64,000 bases of DNA from Nitrospirota bacterium (GTDB lineage Bacteria > Nitrospirota > UBA9217). Of this stretch, positions 1-10,241 are shown one piece after another. Every line of letters starts with the position of its first letter. Position 1 is the stretch's first letter. The notes under the pieces were generated by a model, which had not been told where the DNA came from, searched no databases, and saw only the letters and a list, made by a program, of their open reading frames with translations. Location of the stretch: the NCBI GenBank assembly GCA_963754875.1, contig CAVWHO010000002.1, positions 20,194 to 84,193 of the forward strand. Direction: 5' to 3'. The position numbers and the translations under genes are program-made.

Positions 1-1
1 C

Positions 2-163
2 ATCTTCAATCCCTACTACACGACGAAACCGCGGGGGACAGGGCTGGGGCTGCCGATCACCAACAGGATCATCAAGGCCCATAAAGGAAAAATCGAACTG
101 AAAAACAGGGAAACCGGGGGGGCGCTGTTCACGATCAAACTGCCCTGTACCGCATCGGGATAA
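2..163 (+). CDS. Sensor histidine kinase, C-terminal HATPase fragment (5' truncated by window edge)
   Basis: Frame 2 reads IFNPYYTTKPRGTGLGLPITNRIIKAHKGKIEL...*, containing the F and G2 boxes. Confidence 0.9.
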   Translation: MFNPYYTTKPRGTGLGLPITNRIIKAHKGKIELKNRETGGALFTIKLPCTASG

Positions 164-318
164 TAAAGGAGCATGCGGAGGTCTCAAGCGCCAGCAGCGT
201 GCTGGGGAAAAGTCTCATGATTCACGGACCTGTAGCCGCAGTGACAGAGCAAAGCACCGGCGCATTAAACTGTTGTAAATTGTTTTTAAGACGAGCGATA
301 ATAGCCAAGGAGGCACCG

Positions 319-669
319 ATGAAGAAAGTACTGGTTGTCGACGACGAAGAGAATATCCGGGAGCTCTATAGGGAAGAGTTGGAAGAGATGGGCTATGCCG
401 TGACGACCGTTTCCGACGGCGTACAGGCGCTCACCGTCATGGACACGGGGAAATTTGATCTCGTCACCCTCGATATGCGCATGCCCGACCAGGACGGCAT
501 TGAGACCCTGCGAAAGATGAAGGAAAAGGACAGCACGCTGCCGGTAATCATCTGCACGGCCTACGAAGAGTACAAGCAGGACTTCGGGAGCTGGTGCTCG
601 GACGCCTACGTCGTAAAGTCAGCGGATACCACGCTTCTGCGCGAAACAGTAAAGAAGATCCTGGGATGA
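319..669 (+). CDS. Single-domain response regulator (receiver)
   Basis: VLVVDDE, LDMRMP and VVKS receiver motifs; AAGGAGG ribosome binding site before ATG 319. Confidence 0.93.
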   Translation: MKKVLVVDDEENIRELYREELEEMGYAVTTVSDGVQALTVMDTGKFDLVTLDMRMPDQDGIETLRKMKEKDSTLPVIICTAYEEYKQDFGSWCSDAYVVKSADTTLLRETVKKILG

Positions 670-1955
670 ACGAGCGGGCGGAAGTGATCGTGGAGAAACT
701 TGTCCACGGCGGCAGCGGTCTTGCGCGGCTCGGCACGGGCCAGGCGGTCTTCGTTAACGGCGTGCTGCCCGGCGAGCGAGCCCTCGTAGCTGTCAATCGA
801 AAACGGAAAGGCTTCTTGGAAGCCAGTGTGGTCGAGATCATCACTCCGTCGAAACACCGCATCACTCCCCCCTGCACCGGGGAAAAGCAGTGTACCGGTG
901 CGACGTGGCCGCATATCGCCTATCCTGCCCAGCTCATGTACAAACAGGAGATCCTTCAGGACACCCTCTCAAGAATCGGCGGCATCACTCCGAGGCGCCC
1001 TCTTTCCATTCTCCCGTCCCCCCGGATTGACCACTACCGGCTGCGCACGCAATTCAACGTCCGAACAGCGGAAGGAGAACAGCGGATCGGTTTTTTCCGC
1101 CAAGGGTCGTACAGCCTCGTAGAAGTCGATGACGCATTTCTTATCCATCCGCTCATCAACAAAACGCTGAAGGCCGTCAGGTCGCTCGTTCACCAGCTTC
1201 CTCCGGTCACGGAAATCCACATTAACGCGACCCCCGGCGGAGAAGTCCATCTATTGTTTTTCAGCGGGCTGGACGCGCTGCCTTCAATGGAACCGTTTTA
1301 CATGAATCTAAAAAAAGCAGTGCCTGAGGTGATCGGGATAACCGGATTTGCACACAAGAATAAGGCTTTCGTCCTCGGAAACAACCGGCTGTCTCTTGAA
1401 GTGGGTGGATTGAAATACCGCGTCACGGAAGGCAATTTCTACCAGGTCAACTGGGAGCAGAACAAAAACATGGTGGGGACGGTCCTGGATTTTGCCGAGC
1501 TCGCGGGACAGGAGACGGTCCTCGACCTCTATTGCGGCATCGGCAACTTTTCCTTGCCGCTCGCCCGGAAGGCGGGGAACGTCATCGGCATCGAGTCCGG
1601 CTATGCCGCCATCGAAGATGCAAAAGCAAATGCAGAACTGAACGGAATTACGAACGTGGAGTTCATTGCCGATGATCTGCAAAAAGGCCTCAAGACGCTC
1701 TTACAGCGGAAGATGCGGGCGGATGTCATTGTCCTGGATCCGCCGAGGGCAGGCGCTACGCTGAAAACCCTCGAACGCGTGCTTGCCTTTGTCCCGCAGA
1801 AGATCGTTTATGTGTCGTGCAATCCCTCGACGCTCGCGCGGGACCTGAAATTCTTCCACCTCTTCGGTTTCCGCCTCGACCGCCTCCAGCCCGTGGACAT
1901 GTTCCCTTACACTTATCATATCGAATGCATCGCAGAGATGAAGCGGGAAAAATAG
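666..1955 (+). CDS. rlmD: 23S rRNA (uracil-C5)-methyltransferase, RlmD family
   Basis: TRAM-like N-terminus, FYQVN, LDLYCGIG, DPPRAG, YVSCNP and DMFPYTYHIE; ATGA overlap with the upstream gene. Confidence 0.9.
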   Translation: MNERAEVIVEKLVHGGSGLARLGTGQAVFVNGVLPGERALVAVNRKRKGFLEASVVEIITPSKHRITPPCTGEKQCTGATWPHIAYPAQLMYKQEILQDTLSRIGGITPRRPLSILPSPRIDHYRLRTQFNVRTAEGEQRIGFFRQGSYSLVEVDDAFLIHPLINKTLKAVRSLVHQLPPVTEIHINATPGGEVHLLFFSGLDALPSMEPFYMNLKKAVPEVIGITGFAHKNKAFVLGNNRLSLEVGGLKYRVTEGNFYQVNWEQNKNMVGTVLDFAELAGQETVLDLYCGIGNFSLPLARKAGNVIGIESGYAAIEDAKANAELNGITNVEFIADDLQKGLKTLLQRKMRADVIVLDPPRAGATLKTLERVLAFVPQKIVYVSCNPSTLARDLKFFHLFGFRLDRLQPVDMFPYTYHIECIAEMKREK

Positions 1956-1976
1956 ACGAGTCGCATGAATCGCGTG

Positions 1977-3299
1977 TCAGTGGTTACGCGCCTTTTTTTT
2001 CTTCTTTTTCCCGGAACCGATGTCCTTCCGTGCAGGTGATGCTCGCTCTTTATCCTTCACAGCCGATCCTGGCGTGGGTGTTGATGCTGAAACGGCGCTA
2101 CTCGGCGTTGAAACCGTCATCGGCGAAGGAAGGGGAGCGCCTGTCCCCGTCGCTGTCCCCGCAGCATCCTGCAGTATCGCGCCGGGACTCGTGGGCGTGC
2201 TTGTTGTAGTCACCTGCGGCCGTATCACGGGCGGAACCGTGAAGGACGGCAGTGCCGGCTGGACCGCAGAAGGCTGCCCGGACGGCCGGTTTGCCCGCAT
2301 CTCGTAGAACAGGACGCCGCCTGCCGCGAGCACGAGTATTGCCGAGGCAATGAGGGCAGTGCCGAGCCGTCCGATTGCCGGCGCCTTTACTACGGCAATC
2401 ACGGTTTCCTGGTCCGGGGCCGCATCGAACACGTTCATGGACACCAGATAGCCCGCGATTCGCCGGAGGGAATCGGCTTTCGTTGACCTGCGGCCAAGCC
2501 GCTTTTCCAGTTTCCTCTGTACCTCGAGCACTGACCCAAGTCGTCTTTTGGTCTTCTTCCGCAGGCACTTTTTGATGAGCCGCTGAAGGCCCCACGGGAT
2601 ATCGCTGTTCACGCGGCGCGGGGCAGGGAATTTGTCTTTCAGGATCTTGGCCGTGACCGATCGCGTATTATCATCCCGGAAGGGCTTGATGCCGGTGAAC
2701 ATCTCATAGAGCACGATGCCGAAGGAAAAAATGTCCGACCGGGCGTCGAGCGACTGGCCGAGAATCTGCTCGGGAGACATGTAGGCCGGCGTACCGATGA
2801 GCGTGCCCGGCATGGTCAGTGCCTCCAGGTTCCTGCTCTGGGCGATGCCGAAGTCCATAAGTTTTACTTCGCCGTTCCGTTTGATCATGATGTTGCTCGG
2901 TTTGATGTCGCGGTGGATCAGCCCTCGCATGTGCGCGTAATCGAGGGCGTTGCACACCTGGATGGCGATCATGACGCCGACATCTACAGGCACCGGCCCG
3001 GTCTTCTCGATGACGTCGGCAAGGTTGGCGCCGTCCACGTACTCCATCACGATGCTGTAATGGGGCCTTTTCCAAAAATCATAGATGTGGACGATATTTT
3101 CATGCTGGAGCGAAGCGGCCACTCTGCTTTCGCGTTCAAAACGCCGGACGATCTGGGCGTCCGCCTGGTAGGCCTTCTTCAGTTCCTTGATGGCGACCGG
3201 CCGGTCCAGGGACTTCTGGACGGCTTTGTATACGGTGGCCATGCCGCCGGAGCCGATCTCGCCGACTATTTCGTATTCATCTTTTATCTGTCTCGTCAT
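1977..3299 (-). CDS. Hanks-type Ser/Thr protein kinase with TM helix and Pro/Ser/Thr-rich tail
   Basis: GSGGMATV, VAIK, HRDIKPSN, DFG, YMSPE; one hydrophobic helix followed by a low-complexity basic tail. Confidence 0.95.
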   Translation of the reverse strand: MTRQIKDEYEIVGEIGSGGMATVYKAVQKSLDRPVAIKELKKAYQADAQIVRRFERESRVAASLQHENIVHIYDFWKRPHYSIVMEYVDGANLADVIEKTGPVPVDVGVMIAIQVCNALDYAHMRGLIHRDIKPSNIMIKRNGEVKLMDFGIAQSRNLEALTMPGTLIGTPAYMSPEQILGQSLDARSDIFSFGIVLYEMFTGIKPFRDDNTRSVTAKILKDKFPAPRRVNSDIPWGLQRLIKKCLRKKTKRRLGSVLEVQRKLEKRLGRRSTKADSLRRIAGYLVSMNVFDAAPDQETVIAVVKAPAIGRLGTALIASAILVLAAGGVLFYEMRANRPSGQPSAVQPALPSFTVPPVIRPQVTTTSTPTSPGAILQDAAGTATGTGAPLPSPMTVSTPSSAVSASTPTPGSAVKDKERASPARKDIGSGKKKKKKARNH

Positions 3300-3495
3300 T
3301 GGCTTTTCCTGGATGCAATGCTGCGCGATGACATGAGTAAACTGGAAACCATGCGGTTCTTTCTTTCTCCCAACCCGAACGCGCAGCTGCCAGACAAAAC
3401 TATGTGCCGCTTATGGCACAAAGTTCCCGAAGCGCGACGGTGTAAAATTTTCCTGCCGCTTTGACAAGAATATAATTCGTAACTGACTCAAGGGC

Positions 3496-4257
3496 CTATA
3501 CATCCGTTATCCATACCACAACCGCGGTAATATTGTCCACCCCTCCCCGGTCGTTTGCCGCAGCCAAAAGCTGCTGCACGGCTTCCCGGGGTGCTGCCTC
3601 AGCGAGAATCCGGCCGATGTCTTCATCATCCACCATCTCCGTCAGGCCGTCGGTACACAGGAGAAACCTGTCGTTCTTCTGCACACTCTGCCGCATAACG
3701 TCCGGCTGGACCCCGTCGGCTGTGCCCAGAGCCCGGGTGATCATGTGGCGGTAGGGGCTCGATCTCGCCTGCTCAGGCGTCATGACGCCTGCGCGGACCT
3801 GGTCCGCTACGAAGGAGTGGTCGTCCGTCAATTGTTTGAACTCGCCTGACCTGAGAAGATAAGCGCGGCTGTCCCCGACGTGGGCGATGCAGACAGACTC
3901 TTTTCTGAAGAGGAGCGTTGCCAGCGTCGTCCCCATGCCTGCCAATTCTGGACGCAGCTCTTGAGCATGCCGGATTTCGTCGTTCACAAAGGTGACAGCC
4001 TGCCCCAATATGGAGTTTTCCGACCCGGTCTTGCGGACGGGCCCCGGGGGTGCGGTCTGTTCTTTTTCCCGAATCAGATTTACTACGGCCTCGGCAAGCG
4101 CCTCCACGGCGATGCGGCTTGCGACCTCGCCTCCTTCGCTCCCTCCTACCCCGTCTGCAACGGCATAGAGCCCCGTCTCGTCATCAAGCAGATAGGCATC
4201 TTCGTTATTGCTTCTTCTTTTTCCTTGGTCGGTTCCGCCAAACGAAATTATTTTCAT
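3496..4257 (-). CDS. PP2C/Stp1-family Ser/Thr phosphatase
   Basis: NEDA, VADGVGG, MGTT, HVGDSRAY, LCTDGL, GGVDNIT. Confidence 0.95.
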   Translation of the reverse strand: MKIISFGGTDQGKRRSNNEDAYLLDDETGLYAVADGVGGSEGGEVASRIAVEALAEAVVNLIREKEQTAPPGPVRKTGSENSILGQAVTFVNDEIRHAQELRPELAGMGTTLATLLFRKESVCIAHVGDSRAYLLRSGEFKQLTDDHSFVADQVRAGVMTPEQARSSPYRHMITRALGTADGVQPDVMRQSVQKNDRFLLCTDGLTEMVDDEDIGRILAEAAPREAVQQLLAAANDRGGVDNITAVVVWITDV

Positions 4258-4452
4258 ATCTTTGGTCTCACCTGCCTGCTCCGACGGCAGCGTTCACGGA
4301 ACAGACGCCATACAATTCCTCAGGGTATTCGTACTTTTCTGTTTCCCCTGGCTGCGTAATTCCCTGAGCTTATGATTATGATAGGGCAAAGCCCTACCTA
4401 CGTCAAGGTGAAATCCGTATTCTTTATCGGTCCAGTATGCTACAATATCGAT

Positions 4453-5800
4453 ATGAAAAAAGCTGCGAAAACATCCTCTCCTCCGGCCAGAAAGCCGGAC
4501 CAGACTGAAGTATTGGCCGGCGTAGGGCAGAAGCCGCTTGTTCTCAAAAAAGCCCGTTTCGTCGTTACGAAAGGCAAGGATGACGGCAAAGAAATGGTAC
4601 TTCAGAATCCCCTCGTCACGATCGGCACCCTGCCGGAAAACAGCCTCGTGCTGACGGACCCCACGGTCTCTCGCAGGCACGCCAGTGTCGAGGAGACTTC
4701 CGGCGGCTATGTTCTGCGCGATCTCAACAGTACGAACGGGACGTTTCTCGAAGGCGTACGCGTCGGCGAGGGGTATCTTCAGGCGGGCTCCCATATCCGT
4801 CTGGGACAAACCGAGATGGTCTTCTCGCCTCTGGAGGAACGTATCGAGAACCTCCGCAGTTCCTCTGACCGTTTCGGCGACCTCATCGGTACATCTCGGA
4901 CCATGCGGGAAGTCTTCGGCATACTGGAGCGCGTTGCGCCCACCGATATCACCGTGCTCATCCAGGGCGAGACCGGCACAGGGAAAGAACTCGCAGCACG
5001 GGCCGTCCACAGCCGCAGCCGCAGGGCAGCGGGGCCCTTTGTCGTGTTCGACTGCGGCGCCGTTGCCCCGAACCTGATCGAAAGCGAACTCTTCGGCCAT
5101 GAGAAGGGTGCATTCACCGACGCGGTCAAGTCCCGCCAGGGGGCCTTTGAGCTTGCAGAGAGTGGTACGCTCTTCCTGGACGAAATCGGGGAACTTGCCA
5201 CTTCACTCCAGCCCAAGCTCCTCCGCGCCCTGGACCAGCGCGAGGTGAGGCGCGTCGGCGCCGAACAGACCGTCAAGGTGAACGTCCGCGTTGTCGCCGC
5301 CACAAACCGTGACCTTGAAAAAGAAGTAAAAGCCGGTCGTTTTCGTGAGGACCTGTTCTATCGCCTTTCAGCCGTAAGCGTACAACTCCCTTCGCTCCGC
5401 ATGCACAAGGACGACATCGAACCGATCGCCGGACACCTGCTCGCCGGAATATCCAAAGAGGCGGGCAAACAGCTTACTGGCTTCTCGCTCGAAGGCACTG
5501 GCGGCACTTACGGCGTATGCCTGGCCGGGCAATGTCCGGGAGCTCAAGAACGTGCTTGAACGCGCAGCAGCGCTGTGTGAGGGGAATCGGATCGAAGCAA
5601 AAGACCTGTTCCTCTCCCAGGGGAAGAAGACCGCGACGCTTGAGGGACTGAGTGGCAAGACCCTCGAAGAGATCGAAAAGGCAGCCATCTACGCCACGCT
5701 CAGGTCCGCTGCCGGCAATAAGACCGAATCCGCAAAGGTGCTCGGCATTGCCTATTCGACACTGTATGAGAAAATGAAAAAGTATGGAATCAAGGAATAG
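4453..5800 (+). CDS. FHA-domain sigma54 enhancer-binding protein (FHA-AAA+-HTH); one frameshift near 5495
   Basis: FHA motifs (VSRRHA, DLNSTNGT), GETGTGKE, GAFTDA, FLDEIGE, FREDLFYRL; after the frameshift WPGNVREL and a Fis-type HTH. Confidence 0.92.
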
Positions 5801-5860
5801 AGAGCTGTGCAAAAGTTGATAAATTCGATCTCCCTCTTTTTTCGTTCTTCCGCCCTTCAC

Positions 5861-5996
5861 TGATGTAATCGTACAAAAGCATCCTCACTCAAAGGCACGA
5901 AGACACAAAGAAGAATTGACTTTTGTTTTTCAAAGCGTCTTTCTCCGGCCTCAGTGCCGATCTGCGAAATTATTACTTTTTACGAGTTTGTCATCA
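5861..5996. repeat. Short element with imperfect terminal inverted repeats (MITE/REP-like)
   Basis: Left end TGATGTAATCGTACAAAAG, right end CTTTTTACGAGTTTGTCATCA, lying between convergent genes. Confidence 0.55.
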
Positions 5997-6315
5997 TTGC
6001 CGCTGTCGCAATCACCGCAGTAATCGCCAGTGCCGTAAAAAGTACCCACGGCCACGATCTCCTGAATAGAAGTCTCGGACGAAGAACGCCTGAATCCGTC
6101 TTTACGGTGATGTGGGGCCTGTATTCCCTACCCGGTTTGAGCATCCTGCTCTGAACGCGGAACAACAGCCACGCCGCTTCGGGACCGAACGACGTAGGCT
6201 TCGGTCTGATCCAGCGGTCGTCCGCGGACAGGGTCCCCGTCGTGCCGCTGCAGCCCAAGGCCATCACGGGCACGCTCACCCAGGCTGCTTTTCTCCACCA
6301 CGAAAGCTTGATCAC
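5980..6315 (-). CDS. Small membrane-anchored hypothetical protein, possibly the frameshifted C-terminus of the adjacent kinase
   Basis: GTG start overlaps the kinase TGA (GTGA); C-terminal hydrophobic helix. Confidence 0.55.
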   Translation of the reverse strand: MIKLSWWRKAAWVSVPVMALGCSGTTGTLSADDRWIRPKPTSFGPEAAWLLFRVQSRMLKPGREYRPHITVKTDSGVLRPRLLFRRSWPWVLFTALAITAVIATAAMMTNS

Positions 6316-7176
6316 CTTTCCCGGTTTGGCATAAATGATTTTCGCTCTTTCTCTTCACCGGCGCCGATAAGATCGAGAAGGACCTTCTGGATGGCGATCT
6401 TCATTTCGTATGCGCTCTGGTAGCGTTTGGTCATGTCCGGTGCGAGCGCTTTTTTGATAATGGCCGCCGTCTCACGGCTCATCTTCCGGTTCATCTGCCT
6501 CGGGTCCTTGAAATCCAGCAAGTTTTGCGGCGGGTGTTCTCCGGTAAGGCAGTGATACAACGTAGCGCCGAGCGAAAACAGGTCCGAACGCACGTCGGTC
6601 TGGCCCGTGCCGTACTGTTCCGGCGCGGCGTATCCCGGTGTGCCGTACACGTAGGTGTCCTCGGTCCGCTCCTCCTTGAAGAAACGGGCAATGCCGAAGT
6701 CGATCAGCTTCACTCTGCCGTCATGGGCGATCATGATGTTCGAGGGCTTCATGTCACGGAACACGATGGGCCGCGGCTTTTGCACGCTCAGAAAGTGCAT
6801 GGCCCTGCAGATCTGGAGCGCCCAGGAAAGCGCCAGCCGCTCGTCCACCGGTTTCCCGTGCCGGCTGTCCAGCATCTGTTCCAGCGTCTTGCCGCGGATG
6901 TACTCCATGACGATGTAGTAGCGCCCTGCAGCGAGAAGTAATCGTAGACTTTCGGCAGGTTCGGGTGCGTCAGGCGCGTAAGTATCCGCGCCTCGGTCTG
7001 GAACTGGGCGAGCGCTTCGCGGACCTTTGGCCACGTGCAGCCTGTCTGTCCGGAGTTCCTTGACAGCCAGGACTTTTCCTCCTCCGCGAGCGGTCCGCAA
7101 CCTTGTACACGCAGCCCATCCCGCCTTTGCCGAGGATGCCGACGATCTCGTATCGTTTTTTGAGAAGACGATTCAT
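6312..7176 (-). CDS. Hanks-type Ser/Thr protein kinase (about 3 frameshifts in the N-lobe)
   Basis: Joined frames give RYEIVGILGKGGMGCVYK, LAVKE, HPNLPKVYDYF, FRDMKPSN, DFG, GTPGYAAPE. Confidence 0.92.
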
Positions 7177-7212
7177 AAGTTCTCTCAGAAGTCTTGGGCG
7201 CGCTGTTAATTT

Positions 7213-7306
7213 CCTCCCCTTCAAGGGGAGGAGTAAGCTGGGGATGGGTCTCGCTGGATCGACAAGAACCCATCCTCACGCCAGCCCTCTCCTTGAAGGA
7301 GAGGGC
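7213..7306. repeat. REP-like nested palindrome doublet
   Basis: CCTCCCCTT-C-AAGGGGAGG and GCCCTCTCCTT-G-AAGGAGAGGGC in inverted arrangement, with an inner GGGATGGG/CCCATCCT pair. Confidence 0.75.
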
Positions 7307-7383
7307 TTTTTGTTGCGGCAGAAGTTGAAGTTGTGGAGACACCGTAAACCTGCTCCCCTGCCCCTCTGCTCCTTGCTCAACTC

Positions 7384-9637
7384 CTACGCCGCCTTCGCTC
7401 CGCAGTGCACGCAGAACTTGGCAGCTGTCTTGACCGGACTTCCGCAGTCCGCAGCACGTGCGCTTGTTTTCTTCGCTGAACACGATCGTGGTTTTTCCCA
7501 CGTCGATCACGTCTCCGTCTTTGAGCACTTGCCTGCCGGTGACTTTCTTTTTGTTCACAAAGGTGCCGGCACGGGTTCCCTTGTCTTCGATGATGTACTC
7601 GCCGCCTTCCTTGAGGACCGCGGCGTGGTGCTCCTCAATGCTGCTGTCCTTGAACAGGCCGAGCGTGTTCAGCTTCTCCCTGCCGATGGTCACCGGTGCA
7701 GCTGATGTCGATGTCCTTCTTCGTGCCTTGACCGCGAACAAGGCTGAGATGTCCTGTCTGGTACTGCTGTTCGACCTTCCTGAGCGAAATTCCGACAAGC
7801 CCCAGAATGCTTGCCAGGGTCACGCCGAAAGCCCAGCCCGGAGCCGCGGCGCTCGCGCCGAACAGCGATGACTCGGGCTGGAAGTACGCGCGCGTAGCCT
7901 GCTGGCCTGTCTTGAGACTGAGCGTTACGTTCCTGAGGTAGTCGGCCCTCTTGTCCGTCAGGTAGGTAATGACGTACTCGTTCCGGATCCTCTTGCTGAT
8001 GGTCTCGTAGATCTCCGACAGATCCATCGGCAGCTGGGCGTGAAGAAGTAAAAGCCTCCGGTTTCCTCGGCGATGAGCTCAAGGCGGGAGGCCCGCACGT
8101 CTTTTCCGAGGCCGATGACGTAAACGGAAACGTCTTCTTTTACCGCCGCAGCGATCGACTGGTTCATATCGAGGGCGCCGCGGTTGGCGATGCCGTCAGT
8201 CAGGACGATTACGGCCCTCCTGCCGGGAATGTTCTGCACGAGTTCCACGCCGCTTGCGATGGCGTCAAAGAGCGCCGTATGGCCGCCGGCCTTGATGGTG
8301 TCCGTTGACTGTTTCAGCCGCGCCATGTCATCAGTGAGCGGTTCTACCCGTTCAACACGGTCGCTGAAGGTAATGAGGCCCGCCCGGTCGCCGGGCTCCA
8401 TGAGCGACAGGAACCTCTGCACCGATTCTTTGGCACGCATGATCTTCTCGCCGATCATGGAGCCGCTCCGGTCGACGACAATGGCAAGGCTGAAAGGCTC
8501 CGGCTTGCCGCTTGTACCGTACATCAGCATCGTATCGATCGAAACGGGCTGGTTATTCTCCGTGAGCGTTACATCTTCTTTTCCCAGGCCGCGTATTGGT
8601 TTACCCGAGGAGTCGAGCACTGAAACGTAGGCCTTGACCACGGGGAAGTTGCTCAAATCAAACTGACTGATCTGGACCGAAGCCGGGTCGCCGGCCAGTG
8701 CCGGATGCGCTCCCAGGGCGATCGTGCCGAGAACGACGATCGCGGCCGCAACAGCAGCCTTCTTCACGGCTGAAAACATGAGCAGGATGCTCCCCACCCG
8801 GATGACATCGCCGTCGGAGAGTCTGCTTTCGTGGGTCAGTTTCTGGTTCACGTACACGACCTTTCCGTCTTCATCCGCTTCTATCGAGAAGTGGCCGTTC
8901 TTTCTCTTTATGAAGGCATGCTGTAACCCGACGCCTTCCGCACCCGAGAGACAGACATCGGAGCGGTCGTCCCTGCCCACGACGTTTGTCTCTTTGAGAA
9001 GCGGGAACTCCCTGTTGATGTGCCTTCCCTTGATGACCTTCAATTTCGCCGATACGAATGCCTCCTCAACGAGGCTGATGAAAGCGCCGATGGACAGGCC
9101 GAGCAGAATGAGCCCGGCAAGTGTTGACCAGATCGACGTTGCTGAAAGCTCGTTGAGCATGAGCCCGCCGAGCAAGCCCGCCGATAGCGCCCGCCGAAGA
9201 AGGCCGTATAAGGCGCGCTCTCGTGACCGGATCATCACGCCGCCGCTTACTCCCACGGCAGCGCCGAGGATTGCCCATCCCAGTGCAACGGCGAGGGCAA
9301 CGCCCAGAGATGCTTTAAATCTTCCTGCATTCGCAACGGCCGCGCCGAGCGCCGTAAAGGCCGTGCTGCCCAAAACTGCGCCCACAGCGCCGCCGACCAG
9401 GCCTGCTGCTGCGCCGTATGCTGCACGCTTCAGTGCGGCCTTATACTGCCTTCCGGTGATCGGCTCGTGACTCCAGAGGAATGCGCCGATAAACATGCCT
9501 GCAAGGCTGCCGAGCATCATTTCAGTGACCAGCCCGCTTGCGGATGTTGTTGACAGAGATATAACGAACGCCCAGGCAGCAGAGCCTCCGAGAGCGCCCG
9601 CAATGGCATACAATACTATGTTTGCTATGGTTGTCAT
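7384..9637 (-). CDS. Multi-TM FHA-VWA-FHA-zinc-ribbon membrane protein (several frameshifts)
   Basis: Gly/Ala-rich TM block; FHA1 (VVGRDD...QHAFI...DGDVIRVG); VWA (DRSGSM, GHT, LTDG); TM; FHA2 (TIGRE...HHAAV...GTFVN...DGDVIDVG); CxxC...FCVHCG; TAG at 7384. Confidence 0.85.
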
Positions 9638-9676
9638 ATGATCCTCCTGTAGCAATAAGGAGACGAGAGCCAGGCA

Positions 9677-9701
9677 TCAGGAGTCTTTTTTTGACTCCTG
9701 A
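9677..9701. repeat. Intergenic hairpin with 9-bp stem
   Basis: TCAGGAGTC-T7-GACTCCTGA. Confidence 0.6.
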
Positions 9702-9722
9702 CCCCTTGCCCCATTGCTTTCC

Positions 9723-10161
9723 TTACGCCGCCTTTACCGACAGCGACAATTTCCCGAACTTGACTTCATCGCCGGGCTTGATCGTCTTGCGGCGCATGGG
9801 GCTGAATCCGTTTCCTGTTGATGTACGTACCGTTCGTGGACCCCATGTCCTCGACGGTATAGTCAGCGCCTGAACGGTGAATGACCGCGTGTTTTCGGGA
9901 TACGCCCTTTTCCATGCCGCCCAGACTGGTCAGGTCCACATCGGGAAACACCTCGCTGATGGGGTCTTCCCTGCCGATGACTACTTCGTCTTTTGCCGGG
10001 ATCTCTAGTTTGCTTCCGTCAGGAGATGCGAGCACGATGTGCGTGTTGCCTGTTTCTGTTGCTGTTTCGACAAGCTCCGGCATCTCATCCAGCTTTGCTC
10101 CGCACTCTTCACAGAAGAGCGCTCCTTCGATATTTTCCATCTGACATTCTTTGCATTTCAT
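9723..10161 (-). CDS. Zinc-ribbon plus FHA domain protein (frameshift near 9788)
   Basis: CKEC...FCEECG; IGRED, GVSRKHA, DMGSTNGT; corrected end IKPGDEVKFGKLSLSVKAA*. Confidence 0.9.
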
Positions 10162-10241
10162 GGTAGTGTCCTCCTCTTTTTTTTGGACCGCGGCAACCGC
10201 GTTGCCCTTATTAAACGTCGACATGGTCGGCTCGCTCTATG

